Positions 13,997 through 23,448 of a stretch of 64,000 nucleotides of DNA are shown here, one piece after another. Position 1 is the stretch's first letter, and every line of letters begins with the position of its first letter. The DNA comes from Actinomycetales bacterium. GTDB taxonomy: Bacteria; Actinomycetota; Actinomycetes; Actinomycetales; Microbacteriaceae. The stretch is from contig JAGWTM010000001.1 of NCBI GenBank assembly GCA_028868975.1, positions 4,301 to 68,300 on the forward strand, written 5' to 3'. The notes beneath the pieces were generated by a model that saw nothing but the letters and a program-made list of their open reading frames with translations, searched no databases and was not told the DNA's origin. The translations under genes and the position numbers were made by a program.

Positions 13997-14764
13997 CTAA
14001 TCCCAAGCACCGAGCCGAGCCTGCAAAGCCGAAATGGCGGCCACACCAGCGGTGGAGGTTCGCAGAATCTCATGGCCGAGACGCACCCGTTTGGCTCCCG
14101 CGGCCTCGAGTTGATTCAGTTCGGTTTCACTGATCCCACCCTCTGGCCCAACCACGATGGCGACCTCACCCACGCCAGGGACTCGTGGACCCGAACCAAC
14201 CGAATCCAGATTGACCGAGCCAAGTCCCACGCTTGCGGTCGGATCAAGCACCAGGACCTGGTCGAACTCGCCAACACGGGATGCCAATTCCTTGGTCGTG
14301 ACGGGGGTGGTTACCCGCGGTTCAAAGACTCGCAGCGATTGCTTGGCCGCTTCGGTAACGATCGCCTGCCAGCGGTCAACACCTTTGACTGCCTTTGCGG
14401 CATCCCAGCGACTCACCGAGCGTTCAGCTTGCCAAGGCCAAATCGCCCAGGCACCCAACTCTGTTGCGGCTTGAATAGCCAATTCATCGCGATCGCCCTT
14501 TGCCAATGCCTGGACTAGGACGAACCTGGTCGATGGCAACGATTCCCGCTCAGTGCTCTTCACGACAAGGGCGAGCGAACGCTCCGCAATCGAGGTGACT
14601 TCACCACGCACGCGAAGACCCTGGCCATCAGTGATTTGAATCGCTTCGCCAATCCGCATGCGCCTTACCGAAATAGCGTGCTTGGCCTCGGCCCCGTCAA
14701 GGCTGACAACCTCGCCGATTTCCGGCTGCTGAGACAGATTGGCGCGAAAAAGCGGCTCTACCAT
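13997..14764 (-). CDS. rsmE: 16S rRNA (uracil1498-N3)-methyltransferase
   Basis: 255-aa ORF with an RsmE-type N-terminus (HAISVRRMRIGE) and a C-terminal GPEGGISETE...LGHEILRTSTA motif. Confidence 0.85.
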   Translation of the reverse strand: MVEPLFRANLSQQPEIGEVVSLDGAEAKHAISVRRMRIGEAIQITDGQGLRVRGEVTSIAERSLALVVKSTERESLPSTRFVLVQALAKGDRDELAIQAATELGAWAIWPWQAERSVSRWDAAKAVKGVDRWQAIVTEAAKQSLRVFEPRVTTPVTTKELASRVGEFDQVLVLDPTASVGLGSVNLDSVGSGPRVPGVGEVAIVVGPEGGISETELNQLEAAGAKRVRLGHEILRTSTAGVAAISALQARLGAWD

Positions 14765-15844
14765 CTAGCGTCGCTTGCCATAGACGCCGGGTTGGTGCTT
14801 GAGAAGCTTCGGTGAATCAGCCTTGCGCGACTTAGCCAAAGAACGGAAGAGTTCCTTCTGCTTAGAGTCCAGCTTGGTGGGTGTCTCAACCTGCAGTGTG
14901 ACCTTGAGATCACCTCGGCCGCCGCCGCGAACCTTCGTCATGCCTTTGCCCTTGACCGTAATTACGTCACCTGACTGGGCGCCAGCCTCGATATCAAGTT
15001 TCAGTGGACCGTCAAATGAGTCGATCTCGGCGAGACCGCCTAGCACCGCGTCGTGCAAAGGAACACTGAGCGTGCAGGTGAGATCGTCGCCCGAGCGACC
15101 GAAGTGCTCATCGGCTCGAACCTGAACGTCAACGTATAGATCACCGGATGGCCCACCGGCGAAGCCCACCTCGCCGTGCCCAGCCATCTGCAGCCGCATT
15201 CCGTCTTCGACTCCGGCGGGGATGGTTACCTCGAGGTCGCGGCGTGCGCGGACGCGTCCCTGGCCACGACACTCGACACAGGGGTGAGGAATTGTCTGAC
15301 CGAAGCCACGACAAGAACCACATGGCTGTGAGGTCACCACGTTGCCCAGCAAACTGCGCACCTGTCGGGCGATAGTTCCCGAACCTCGACAAACATCGCA
15401 GATAGCTGGTCCGGTGCCTGGTTGGCAGCAGGAGCCCTGACACGTGTTGCAGAGCACGGCGGTGTCAATTTTCAACACCTTGGGAGCGCCAAAAACGGCC
15501 TCGCGAAGGGTCAAATCGACGCGGATGAGTGCATCCTGCCCTCGTTCCGCGCGCGAACGTGGACCGCGACTGGCGCCACCACCGAAGAAGGTGTCGAAAA
15601 TGTCACCAAAGCCGAAGTTGCCCATTCCGCCGAATGGGTCTTGGCCACCCATGTCGTAGTTTCGACGCGCTTCGGCATCGCTAAGAACCTCATACGCGTG
15701 GGTCACCAGCTTGAAACGTTCCTGAGCCTCCGGAGCAGGGTTGACGTCAGGGTGTAGCTCGCGAGCCAACTTGCGGTAGGCCTTTTTGATTTGCTCCTCG
15801 GATGCGTCCTTCGACACACCTAGAACTTCGTAGTGATCTGACAA
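14765..15844 (-). CDS. dnaJ: molecular chaperone DnaJ
   Basis: J-domain YEVLGV...HPD and a four-CxxCxG zinc-finger region. I chose the TTG at 15844 (AAAGGA SD upstream), 16 nt downstream of the hrcA stop, as the start. Confidence 0.9.
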   Translation of the reverse strand: MSDHYEVLGVSKDASEEQIKKAYRKLARELHPDVNPAPEAQERFKLVTHAYEVLSDAEARRNYDMGGQDPFGGMGNFGFGDIFDTFFGGGASRGPRSRAERGQDALIRVDLTLREAVFGAPKVLKIDTAVLCNTCQGSCCQPGTGPAICDVCRGSGTIARQVRSLLGNVVTSQPCGSCRGFGQTIPHPCVECRGQGRVRARRDLEVTIPAGVEDGMRLQMAGHGEVGFAGGPSGDLYVDVQVRADEHFGRSGDDLTCTLSVPLHDAVLGGLAEIDSFDGPLKLDIEAGAQSGDVITVKGKGMTKVRGGGRGDLKVTLQVETPTKLDSKQKELFRSLAKSRKADSPKLLKHQPGVYGKRR

Positions 15845-15860
15845 GCTGATTCCTTTTGAC

Positions 15861-16880
15861 CTAATTGCCCAGGGTTTTCGAGAGATATCGCGCAACCGCG
15901 CTCACGGCAGCGATGTTTGAGCTGTAATCCATGCGGGTCGGGCCGAGCACGCCCAATTTGGCGATTTCCTGGCCTTGAGTTTCATAACCACTGACCATGA
16001 TGGTGGTGTTACTGAGTGGTTCGACCTGATTTTCGCGACCGATGCGAACGCCCACGCCATACTGCTCGGCTTGCATTTCACTCATCAGCTTGAGCAAAAT
16101 AACCTGCTCCTCGATGGCCTCGAGAACCGGACCGATGCTTCCGGCGAAATCCTGCTCGCGACGAACAAGATTTGCCGCTCCGGCCATGATGATTTTCTCT
16201 TGGCGATTGGCGTCCACCTCGGCTAGCAGACCATCCAGAATCAGCTGAACATTCTCGACTCGGTTGCTAGCGAATCCCGCGACAAAACCCTCGAGTTTCT
16301 CGGCAACGGTGGTCAGCGGTGCGCCAATCAGGGCTGCAACGAGGCGACTGCGCAATTCGGCTATGAAATCTGATTCGACCGGTTGACCGAGATTGATGAT
16401 GTGTTCTTGAACACGCTCGGTGTCGGTAACCAAAACGAGCAGCACACGGGATGCGGAAATCGGAATCAACTCAACGGTCTGGACCTTAGCGCGGCCAAGT
16501 GTTGGGTACTGCACCATGGCAACCTGGTTGGTCAGTTGGGCGAGCAGGCGAACAGTGCGACCGAGCGTCTCATCGAGATCGGTGCTGCCGGCCATGAAGG
16601 TTTCGATGGCGGTTCGCTCCGCCTGGTTGAGTTTCTTAACTTCGTTGAGACGGTCGACGAACAGGCGATAGCCCTTATCGGTTGGAACGCGTCCACTCGA
16701 GGTGTGCGGGGCCGTGATCAGCTCTTCTTCTTCAAGGATGGCCATGTCGTTGCGGATGGTCGCACTTGAAACTCCAAGCTGGTGCCGCTCAAGTAGGGTC
16801 TTTGACCCGACTGGCTCTCGAGTTTCGATGTAATCGTTGACGATCGCGCGCAAAACTTCGAGACTGCGATCTGAAATCAC
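15861..16880 (-). CDS. hrcA: heat-inducible transcription repressor HrcA
   Basis: N-terminal winged helix ([23 protein letters not shown]) and hrcA-dnaJ synteny. The GTG start at 16880 has a GGAGGTG SD. A CIRCE element lies upstream. Confidence 0.9.
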   Translation of the reverse strand: MISDRSLEVLRAIVNDYIETREPVGSKTLLERHQLGVSSATIRNDMAILEEEELITAPHTSSGRVPTDKGYRLFVDRLNEVKKLNQAERTAIETFMAGSTDLDETLGRTVRLLAQLTNQVAMVQYPTLGRAKVQTVELIPISASRVLLVLVTDTERVQEHIINLGQPVESDFIAELRSRLVAALIGAPLTTVAEKLEGFVAGFASNRVENVQLILDGLLAEVDANRQEKIIMAGAANLVRREQDFAGSIGPVLEAIEEQVILLKLMSEMQAEQYGVGVRIGRENQVEPLSNTTIMVSGYETQGQEIAKLGVLGPTRMDYSSNIAAVSAVARYLSKTLGN

Positions 16881-16931
16881 TCTGCGCACCTCCAAGCGTT
16901 TACTGCATGCGTTCACTGCACCCGAGCCGAG

Positions 16932-16958
16932 TTAGCACTCAAGCCTTCTGAGTGCCAA
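16932..16958 (-). promoter_or_regulatory. CIRCE operator (HrcA binding site)
   Basis: TTAGCACTC-N9-GAGTGCCAA differs from the consensus TTAGCACTC-N9-GAGTGCTAA at one position. It lies about 52 nt upstream of the hrcA start, just downstream of a TAATAT -10-like hexamer on the minus strand. Confidence 0.8.
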
Positions 16959-17015
16959 TATTACCCTGCCGCACCGCTTGAAGGCAGTGTTGGGCGCCGT
17001 AAGTAGAGTGGAATT

Positions 17016-17375
17016 ATGAGCGATAAAAACAATCCCTATGCCGCGCCGCCACGCAACCCCATGCGTCCAGAGGATGAACGCACCGCGGCAGTCGCACTTC
17101 ACATCGCGGCAATCTTTTTTGAGTTCTTCGCGCCACTTCTCGGCTTCCTATTGCTCAAAGACAGAGGACCGTTCATCGCGCATCACACGCGTGAGTCGTT
17201 GAACTTTGGCATCACGATGCTCTTGCTCTATGTCCTTCTTGCCGTCAGCGTGATCGGCTGGTTCTTCTTCTGGTTGCCGCCAGTGCTCTGGACCATCGTG
17301 CACATCCTGGCCGCCGTCCGAGCCAGTGAGGGCAAGTTTTACAGACTGCCGCTGACCATTCGGTTCATCAAATAG
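17016..17375 (+). CDS. DUF4870-type small membrane protein
   Basis: 119-aa ORF with predicted TM helices. The motif HIAAIFF...PLLGFLLLKDRGPFIAHHTRESLNFGIT matches my memory of the DUF4870 signature. Confidence 0.6.
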   Translation: MSDKNNPYAAPPRNPMRPEDERTAAVALHIAAIFFEFFAPLLGFLLLKDRGPFIAHHTRESLNFGITMLLLYVLLAVSVIGWFFFWLPPVLWTIVHILAAVRASEGKFYRLPLTIRFIK

Positions 17376-17377
17376 CG

Positions 17378-18622
17378 TTAGCCAAGCAGATCGCGAACCA
17401 GCGCATCAGCCAGCAAACGCCCCTTGAGCGTCAACCGAATTCTGCCGTGCAGAGCCGCTGCAGGTTCAATCAAACCGTCTGCGATCGCGGCCGCAATGAC
17501 TCGATTAGCATCAGGATTCACAGCCTTGACCAACTCAATGTCGAGCCCGGAATCGGTTCGAATCTCTAGCAGGATGCGCTCTTGCGCGCGAACCGCGCGG
17601 TCAAGCACCTCGCGCGAGTGCGCGGGGCTCACTCCCTCGGCCAGACGTTGCACGTAGGCCGCGGGGTGCTTTACGTTCCACCAGCGGGTGCCACCGATGT
17701 GCGAGTGCGCTCCGGGGCCATAACCCCACCAGTCTTGACTCTGCCAATAGCTGAGGTTGTGGCGGCTGCGACGGTCGGCAGACTTAGCCCAGTTGCTGAC
17801 TTCGTACCACGCGAAGCCGGCGTCGGTGAGCATCGCATCGGCTAACTCATACTTGTCGGCTTGAAGGTCCTCATCGGGTTCAGGGAGTTGCCCACGAGAA
17901 ATCTGACGAGCGAGCTTTGTGCCTTCTTCCACTATGAGCGAGTAGGCACTGATGTGGTCTGGATCGAGCTCGATGGCTGCCCTCAATGACTCGCGCCACT
18001 GTTCCAAGGTCTCGCCAGGTGCGCCATAGATTAGGTCGACCGAAACCGCTAAAGCTGCAGACTTTGCGGCGCTTACAGCGGTCGGCACGTTTTCGGGTTT
18101 GTGGGTGCGTTCCAGAGTCGCCAATACTTCGGGGACTGCTGACTGCATCCCGAATGAAACCCGAGTGAATCCGCCGGCTCGAAGCTCTTGCAGGTACTCC
18201 TCGTCGACATTGTCTGGGTTGGCCTCAGTCGTGATCTCGGCTCCTGGTGCAATTCCGAAGGTGTCGCTGAGAGCTTCGAAAATGCGAACCAGATCGCCAG
18301 CCGGAAGCTGGGTTGGAGTGCCTCCCCCAAAGAACACGCTGCCTAGTTCACGCTTTGGCAGTCCGGCTTTTTCGATCACACCTTGCGAAAAGCTAATTTC
18401 GGCAATCAATCGGTCCGCGAATGCCGTCTGAGACACGGCTCCATCGCCCGTTCCAAGCTCGGCGGCCGTGTAGGTATTGAAGTCGCAGTAGCCGCAACGA
18501 ACCCGGCAAAAGGGTATGTGCACATAACCGTGCCAGCTGCGCGATTCAACGTCTTCGATTACCGAAGACGGTAGAGCACCGCTCGGCGGCATTGCCTCAC
18601 CAAGGTCGATTGATTGAGCCAC
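17378..18622 (-). CDS. hemW: radical SAM heme chaperone HemW (HemN-like, oxygen-independent coproporphyrinogen oxidase family)
   Basis: 414-aa ORF with the radical-SAM cluster motif CRVRCGYCDF. It sits next to lepA, which is conserved synteny. Confidence 0.85.
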   Translation of the reverse strand: MAQSIDLGEAMPPSGALPSSVIEDVESRSWHGYVHIPFCRVRCGYCDFNTYTAAELGTGDGAVSQTAFADRLIAEISFSQGVIEKAGLPKRELGSVFFGGGTPTQLPAGDLVRIFEALSDTFGIAPGAEITTEANPDNVDEEYLQELRAGGFTRVSFGMQSAVPEVLATLERTHKPENVPTAVSAAKSAALAVSVDLIYGAPGETLEQWRESLRAAIELDPDHISAYSLIVEEGTKLARQISRGQLPEPDEDLQADKYELADAMLTDAGFAWYEVSNWAKSADRRSRHNLSYWQSQDWWGYGPGAHSHIGGTRWWNVKHPAAYVQRLAEGVSPAHSREVLDRAVRAQERILLEIRTDSGLDIELVKAVNPDANRVIAAAIADGLIEPAAALHGRIRLTLKGRLLADALVRDLLG

Positions 18623-18643
18623 GAATTTGCTCAGGCAAGAGGG

Positions 18644-20503
18644 CTATTTGCCCTTCTTGTCGCCCTTCTTTTCTTCACCGGTAGACAGTGCCGCGATGAA
18701 GGCCTCCTGAGGCACCTCAACTCGACCCACCATCTTCATGCGCTTCTTACCCTCTTTTTGTTTCTCGAGTAGCTTGCGCTTTCGGCTGATGTCACCGCCG
18801 TAACACTTGGCGAGAACGTCTTTTCGCATCGCACGAATCGACTCGCGCGCGATGATTCTCGAACCGACGGCAGCCTGAATTGGAACCTCAAACTGCTGGC
18901 GCGGAATCAACTCGCGCAGCTTGCCGGTGATCATCACGCCATAGGCGTACGCCTTGTCTTTGTGAACGATGGCGCTGAACGCGTCAACCTGCTCACCTTG
19001 CAGCAGTAGGTCGACCTTCACCAGATCACCCTGCTCGAGCCCGGCTTCTTCGTAATCGAGCGATCCGTAGCCCTGGGTCTTACTCTTGAGCTGGTCAAAG
19101 AAGTCAAAGACAATCTCGGCAAGCGGAAGCGTGTAACGCAGCTGCACGCGTTCCTCACCGAGGTACTGCATGTCAATCATCGAGCCACGTCGGCTCTGGC
19201 AAAGCTCCATGATCACACCGACGTAGTCCTTCGGCGAGAGGATCGTAGCCTTGACGATTGGTTCGAGCACCTTTTTGACCTTGCCGGTCGGGAACTCGCT
19301 CGGGTTGGTGACGGTAATTTCTTTGCCGTCCTCCATGGTCACCTCGTAAACCACGCTCGGCGCGGTCGCGATCAGGTCGAGGCCGAATTCGCGCTCTAGA
19401 CGTTCGGTCACAATCTCGAGGTGCAGCAGGCCTAGGAAGCCGCAGCGGAAACCGAATCCCAGCGCAACCGAGGTTTCGGGCTCGTATGCCAGTGCAGCAT
19501 CCGAGAGCTTCAGTTTGTCGAGAGCTTCGCGCAGGAGTGGATAGTCGCTGCCGTCAATCGGATAAATGCCCGAGAAAACCATCGGCAGCGGGTCCTTGTA
19601 ACCCTTGAGCGGCTCAGAGGCTGGCTTGGCGTTGTTGGTGATGGTGTCACCAACCTTTGACTGACGAACATCCTTGACACCTGTGATCAGGTAGCCCACC
19701 TCGCCAACGCCGAGGCCTTTGGTCGGTTCTGGTTCAGGCGATGAAACACCAATCTCTAGCAGTTCGTGAACCGCCTTAGTTGACATCATCTGAATCTTTT
19801 CGCGGGGCTGCAATTTGCCGTCAATCATTCGCACGTATGTGACCACGCCTCGGTATGAGTCATACACCGAGTCGAAGATCATGGCGCGAGCCGGCGCGCT
19901 GGGGTCGCCGACCGGGTTCGGCACAGTCCGAACGATTTTGTCGAGCAGCGCATCCACGCCAACGCCGGTCTTGCCAGAGACACGAAGGCAGTCCTCTGGG
20001 TTGCCGCCAATCAGGTTGGCGAGCTCCTCGGCGTACTTCTCGGGCTGTGCCGCGGGTAGGTCGATTTTGTTCAGAACCGGAATGATCTCGAGGTCGTTCT
20101 CGAGAGCGAGGTACAGGTTGGCCAGGGTCTGAGCCTCGATGCCCTGTGCCGCGTCAACTAGCAGCACTGCGCCCTCACAAGCGGCGAGTGAGCGACTCAC
20201 CTCGTAGGTGAAGTCGACGTGCCCGGGGGTGTCAATCATGTTCAGGGCATAGGTTTTGCCGTCGAGCTCCCATGGCATGCGAACCGCTTGCGACTTGATG
20301 GTGATGCCGCGCTCACGTTCGATGTCCATGCGGTCCAGGTACTGCGCGCGCATCGAGCGATCGTCGACGATGCCGGTTAGCTGCAGCATGCGGTCGGCGA
20401 GGGTCGACTTTCCGTGGTCGATGTGCGCAATGATGCAGAAATTGCGAATCTGGCTCGGGTCAGTGCTCGCTGGCTCGAGTCTGGTCAGTGCGCGTGGCGA
20501 CAA
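18644..20503 (-). CDS. lepA: translation elongation factor 4 (LepA)
   Basis: 619-aa ORF with motifs [23 protein letters not shown] and NKID, plus a LepA-type C-terminus. The TTG start follows an AAGAGG SD. Confidence 0.95.
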   Translation of the reverse strand: MSPRALTRLEPASTDPSQIRNFCIIAHIDHGKSTLADRMLQLTGIVDDRSMRAQYLDRMDIERERGITIKSQAVRMPWELDGKTYALNMIDTPGHVDFTYEVSRSLAACEGAVLLVDAAQGIEAQTLANLYLALENDLEIIPVLNKIDLPAAQPEKYAEELANLIGGNPEDCLRVSGKTGVGVDALLDKIVRTVPNPVGDPSAPARAMIFDSVYDSYRGVVTYVRMIDGKLQPREKIQMMSTKAVHELLEIGVSSPEPEPTKGLGVGEVGYLITGVKDVRQSKVGDTITNNAKPASEPLKGYKDPLPMVFSGIYPIDGSDYPLLREALDKLKLSDAALAYEPETSVALGFGFRCGFLGLLHLEIVTERLEREFGLDLIATAPSVVYEVTMEDGKEITVTNPSEFPTGKVKKVLEPIVKATILSPKDYVGVIMELCQSRRGSMIDMQYLGEERVQLRYTLPLAEIVFDFFDQLKSKTQGYGSLDYEEAGLEQGDLVKVDLLLQGEQVDAFSAIVHKDKAYAYGVMITGKLRELIPRQQFEVPIQAAVGSRIIARESIRAMRKDVLAKCYGGDISRKRKLLEKQKEGKKRMKMVGRVEVPQEAFIAALSTGEEKKGDKKGK

Positions 20504-20769
20504 GGAATACCTCTTGGGTCTAAATCTTGGAAGGACGCGATAACGCGAGAGCGGCGTCCGTGTTTTCTATTCTCGCACAGGGTCTTCACGGGTCACAGGT
20601 TTTAGCCATCGGAATCGACATTTTGCGCCTTGAAATACTTGCTCGCTGTGGCCTTGGCTGGTAGGCTTTCAAGTCGATACAGAGGTGTGTCTCCCTCTAA
20701 GTCCCGAAAACCTGAAGTTTTTCAGTTCTCATGCGCGCCCACAAGGCGGGCAAACCAAGAAAGTGAAAC

Positions 20770-21030
20770 ATGGCAAACATTAAGTCGCAGATCAAGCGAA
20801 TCGGCACCAACCGTAAGGCTGCTGAGCGCAACAAGGCTGTCAAGAGCGAGCTGAAGACGGTTATCCGCGCTGCTCGTGAAGCAGTCGCTGCCGGAGACAA
20901 GGCTAAGGCTGCTGCTGCAGTTGCCCTAGCAGGCAAGAAGCTAGACAAGGCTGTTTCGAAGGGCGTCCTTCACAAGAACCAGGCCGCAAACCGCAAGTCG
21001 GCAATCGCCAAGAAGGCTTCGGCTCTCTAA
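20770..21030 (+). CDS. rpsT: 30S ribosomal protein S20
   Basis: 86-aa ORF beginning [30 protein letters not shown].... Confidence 0.95.
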   Translation: MANIKSQIKRIGTNRKAAERNKAVKSELKTVIRAAREAVAAGDKAKAAAAVALAGKKLDKAVSKGVLHKNQAANRKSAIAKKASAL

Positions 21031-21060
21031 ATCAAAGGCTCTGTCACACACGTGTGACGC

Positions 21061-21100
21061 AATCCCCCGTCGGGTTTCCGGCGGGGGATTTTCTTTATTC
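21061..21100 (+). terminator. intrinsic terminator of rpsT
   Basis: AATCCCCCG...CGGGGGATT stem followed by TTCTTTATT. Confidence 0.7.
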
Positions 21101-21205
21101 GGACGCGATTGGGCTTCGGTCGACTATGGGGTGCTTTGTCTGAATTGGCCTCGCAATTTGGGAGCCGAAGCGTCCTCCAAACTTGGCGACCTGCTGGCTG
21201 AGAGC

Positions 21206-22432
21206 CTAGTGACCAGCCGGAATCTGACCGGGGCGTCCGGCGAGAAAACCAACCACAACCTGAGAGAAACTCAACGCGGCCAATAACGCAAATGGCAAGG
21301 CAAAAGATGAAGACAGGTCGGCCAGGACGCCTACAAGGAGTGTGCCCGCGCCGGCAAGGAGGTATCCCCAGCCTTGGCTAAGGGCCGAAAGCACCGTGGT
21401 TTGGCTCTTGTTGCTAGCCCGCGATCCAATCATCGACAGCGAAAGCGGGAAAGTGCTGGCCTGGCCGAGTCCAATCATGACTCCGGCGATAGTCGCCCGC
21501 GAAGAAAGTTCAGGGCCGGGTGATGCTAATTCGAAGGCCAACAGGGTGAATCCGATGGCCGGGAGCAAACTAGAACCGGCCGCCCACCAGGCGAGAGTTT
21601 TGAAGCGTCCGACAAAACTAGAAAGCAGTAGCCCAAAGGGTATGCCCACGGCTGTGGTCAGTCCCAGAATGGCTCCCGCGCCTGCCGGAGTCAATCCGGC
21701 GGCTATCAGCGCGTTAGGCAACCACCCCAGAATTGCGTAGAAGCCCAAGGATTGCAGGCCAAAGAATCCGACCAACAACCAGGTAACGCTGGAGCGAACT
21801 ACGGCTCTCTGCTCGGACTTTGAATTCGCGGCTGACTGGTTGGCATCATCCGACGCCTTGTCGGCCCGCTTCAACTGCGTCAGCCAAAGCAGAACTGCAA
21901 TAGCGCTCGGAACACCCCAAACCATGAGTGCCGGCTGCCAGCCACCGAGCGCCTGCGACCAAGGTACGGCCGTACTCGCCGAAAAGCTCGCCGAGAGAGC
22001 CAGCAAGGTTGTGTAAATGCCGGTTATCAAAGGAATTCGACGGGGGTAGTCGGTTCTGACCACGGTCGGCAGCAACACATTTGCTACGGCGATAGCCAGA
22101 CCAACGCCAAGAGTTCCAATCAGTAGCGGAATAGAGCCACCAAAAAGTCGACCCACAGTCGAAATAGCCAACAAAATCAGAACACCCAGCATCGCGTGAT
22201 GTAATCCGAACTTGCGAACGAGAGCTGGGCCGAGAAAGGCACCTAGGCCAAAACAGAACACGGGGGCCGAGGCAAGAATCGAGGTTTCGGCGGCAGACAG
22301 CGGTAGCGACGCACTGATTTCGTGGAGTAGCGGCCCGACCGCGGCGACCGCGGGACGCAGAACAATCGCGATAAACACCAGGGCCATGACGCCCGCGAGC
22401 CAAATAACTCGATTCGTTTTAGAGGACTTCAT
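21206..22432 (-). CDS. MFS transporter (CynX/NimT-like)
   Basis: 408-aa ORF, very hydrophobic, with about 12 predicted TM segments. Its ATG overlaps the holA stop (ATGA). Confidence 0.75.
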   Translation of the reverse strand: MKSSKTNRVIWLAGVMALVFIAIVLRPAVAAVGPLLHEISASLPLSAAETSILASAPVFCFGLGAFLGPALVRKFGLHHAMLGVLILLAISTVGRLFGGSIPLLIGTLGVGLAIAVANVLLPTVVRTDYPRRIPLITGIYTTLLALSASFSASTAVPWSQALGGWQPALMVWGVPSAIAVLLWLTQLKRADKASDDANQSAANSKSEQRAVVRSSVTWLLVGFFGLQSLGFYAILGWLPNALIAAGLTPAGAGAILGLTTAVGIPFGLLLSSFVGRFKTLAWWAAGSSLLPAIGFTLLAFELASPGPELSSRATIAGVMIGLGQASTFPLSLSMIGSRASNKSQTTVLSALSQGWGYLLAGAGTLLVGVLADLSSSFALPFALLAALSFSQVVVGFLAGRPGQIPAGH

Positions 22433-23439
22433 CTCGCTCCTGAGCCGCTGCCGCCTGCGGGTAATTCACCCTTGTAAGCGATCAGAGTGATCAAACGTTC
22501 GAGTGCAAAATCAGGATCACGTTCGCCACCCTTTGTGGCAAAGTCCGCGGAGGCTAATTCGAGCAAAACTCTGGCGATCCCCTCCTCGTTCCAGGCCGGT
22601 ACGAGTCTGCGAATCTGATCAGCCGCGTATGGGCTCATCCCGAGAGATTGTGGCGATGCGCTTCGATTGTCATGCAACTTTGCAATGGCACGCATTTTGC
22701 TGGCCAGCGCTCCAATAAGTGGTGGAGCTTGAACTCCGCTCGCGAGCGAATGCCTGAGGACTGCGATGGCCTGAGCTGGAGTGCCATTGAAGGCAACATC
22801 GGCAACTTTTAGACCGTTTGCCTCGATTCGACCGCCGTAATAGCGATCGACGGTGGCTTCTGTGATGGTGGCATCTTCGTCGAGGAGAATTTGCTCGCAT
22901 GCAGCAGCCAATTCTCCAAGATTTTCAGAGAACGCATTAGCGAGGTCTCGAATGGCCCCCGGAGAAATGGCTCGCTTTGCGTGGGCAAATTCCGATTGCA
23001 CGAACTGTGCGCGCTGGTTGTCCCATTTGATTTCGGGGTTGAGGATTTCGACAACCTGGTCGGAACCCTTTAGCGCGTCCGTTAGTTTCTTACCTCTAAC
23101 GCTTGACCCGTTGTGTCTGAAAATCACGTAGGTGTCATCCGCCGGGCTTTGAAGCAGGTCGAGACCGTCGACAATGAGGGCGTCGGTGCAGCGCTCAACA
23201 TTGCGAATAATGATTAGTCGGGGTTCGGCGAACAGGGATGGGCTGGCTAAACCGAGTAATTCACCAGATTGATAACTGCTGGCATCCAGGTCGTGCACCT
23301 CAAGAATCGGGTGTTTTTTGCGCAATTGCTCACGGATTGCGCGAATGGCGGTGTCAGCGGTGTAGTTTTCCGGACCGCTAACAAATACGAAAGGCGCCGG
23401 GGTGGCTTTTCGCCACTCAACAACTATCGCTTTAGCCAC
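22429..23439 (-). CDS. holA: DNA polymerase III subunit delta
   Basis: 336 aa, in the comEA-comEC-holA synteny typical of Gram-positives. It has an N-terminal FVFVSGPE-type start and a GTG start codon. Confidence 0.8.
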   Translation of the reverse strand: MAKAIVVEWRKATPAPFVFVSGPENYTADTAIRAIREQLRKKHPILEVHDLDASSYQSGELLGLASPSLFAEPRLIIIRNVERCTDALIVDGLDLLQSPADDTYVIFRHNGSSVRGKKLTDALKGSDQVVEILNPEIKWDNQRAQFVQSEFAHAKRAISPGAIRDLANAFSENLGELAAACEQILLDEDATITEATVDRYYGGRIEANGLKVADVAFNGTPAQAIAVLRHSLASGVQAPPLIGALASKMRAIAKLHDNRSASPQSLGMSPYAADQIRRLVPAWNEEGIARVLLELASADFATKGGERDPDFALERLITLIAYKGELPAGGSGSGAR

Positions 23440-23448
23440 GCAGACAGC

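Noticed and set aside
13847-14518. 223-aa plus-strand ORF antisense to rsmE and the HIT gene
   Set aside because: This is a GC-driven open antisense frame with no start context or motifs. Both sense genes have clear family signatures.
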